A DNA stretch of 62,727 nucleotides, the filler included. It is 12 parts of 12 records of this genome, joined end to end, with 100 filler letters (N's around TTAATTAATTAA, not from the genome) between each part and the next. Parts side by side here need not be neighbours in the genome. Positions count along the whole stretch, not along the records: positions 58,102 to 62,727 come from SRR11831586_1641; 11 more parts are not named here. The stretch is one strand, 5' to 3'. The notes below the pieces were generated by a model. It was not told the origin of the DNA. It did no database searches and saw only the letters and a program-made list of their open reading frames with translations. The translations under genes and the position numbers were made by a program. This document shows positions 62,501 through 62,727 of this stretch, one piece after another (within the stretch, counting starts at the first letter, position 1; every line of letters begins with the position of its first letter).

Positions 62501-62727
62501 TGTCCTACTGTGACGCCCATGCACGTGCGGAGGCGGGGCCTGCTCCTCGTGTTGAGCGTGTCAGACGCATCCTGCCCAAGGTACGCGTTCGCGTCATGTG
62601 GTGTGCTGCTGTATTTGTTATGTTGCGAGTGTATACTTTATGCACGTTGCCTCGTGCCTTATGTGTGTAGATGTGTATAGATCTGTATGCGCGTGTGTTG
62701 TGTTATCCCCTCGCACACCCCCTGTAC
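59542..62727 (+). CDS. SPAG17/PF6-like flagellar central-pair protein, 3'-partial
   Basis: 9-nt first exon (MTQ) then EKSHVEF; DDAPADGPDSYILLDGF, YNRLLDSVP..SVPYMIHCMFEQV, YVPEEDSLL, LFPFDGAVV and SLPSGLTV resemble SPAG17/PF6 blocks. Confidence 0.72.

Overview
This window is not one locus. It is a pseudo-scaffold of 12 unrelated contigs joined by eleven identical 100-bp artificial spacers (44 N + TTAATTAATTAA + 44 N). Five contigs are Escherichia coli, apparently K-12 lineage because IS5 interrupts yhcE: yhcF-yhcG-nanQKET, uup-pqiABC-rmf-fabA-ycbZ-matP, ysaA-yiaJ-yiaKLMNO-lyxK-sgbH, ffh-rpsP-rimM-trmD-rplS-yfiBNR, and yhjX-yhjY-tag-yiaC-bisC-yiaD-ghrB-yiaF. Seven contigs come from an unidentified intron-rich, gene-dense, flagellated eukaryote that uses the standard code and GT-AG introns with TG repeats, probably a protist cultured with E. 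coli. Its genes are mitochondrial uL1, THOC3, cycloartenol synthase, transketolase, TSNAXIP1-like, CTU2-like, a hybrid histidine kinase, an ankyrin protein, a GT41 O-GlcNAc transferase, a WD40 protein, NDOR1 and SPAG17/PF6. At least five single-base indels look like pyrosequencing errors. The most interesting signals are: (1) an exactly 39-bp-periodic array of co-varying palindromes inside the nuclease gene yhcG, with a fourth perfect copy just after its stop codon; (2) an OGT/SEC-type GT41 enzyme ending in an ER-retrieval-like HDDEL; (3) a REC-TM-HisKA-HATPase protein whose phospho-acceptor His is replaced by Tyr. All identifications come from motif recognition without database searches, and eukaryotic exon boundaries were read by eye.
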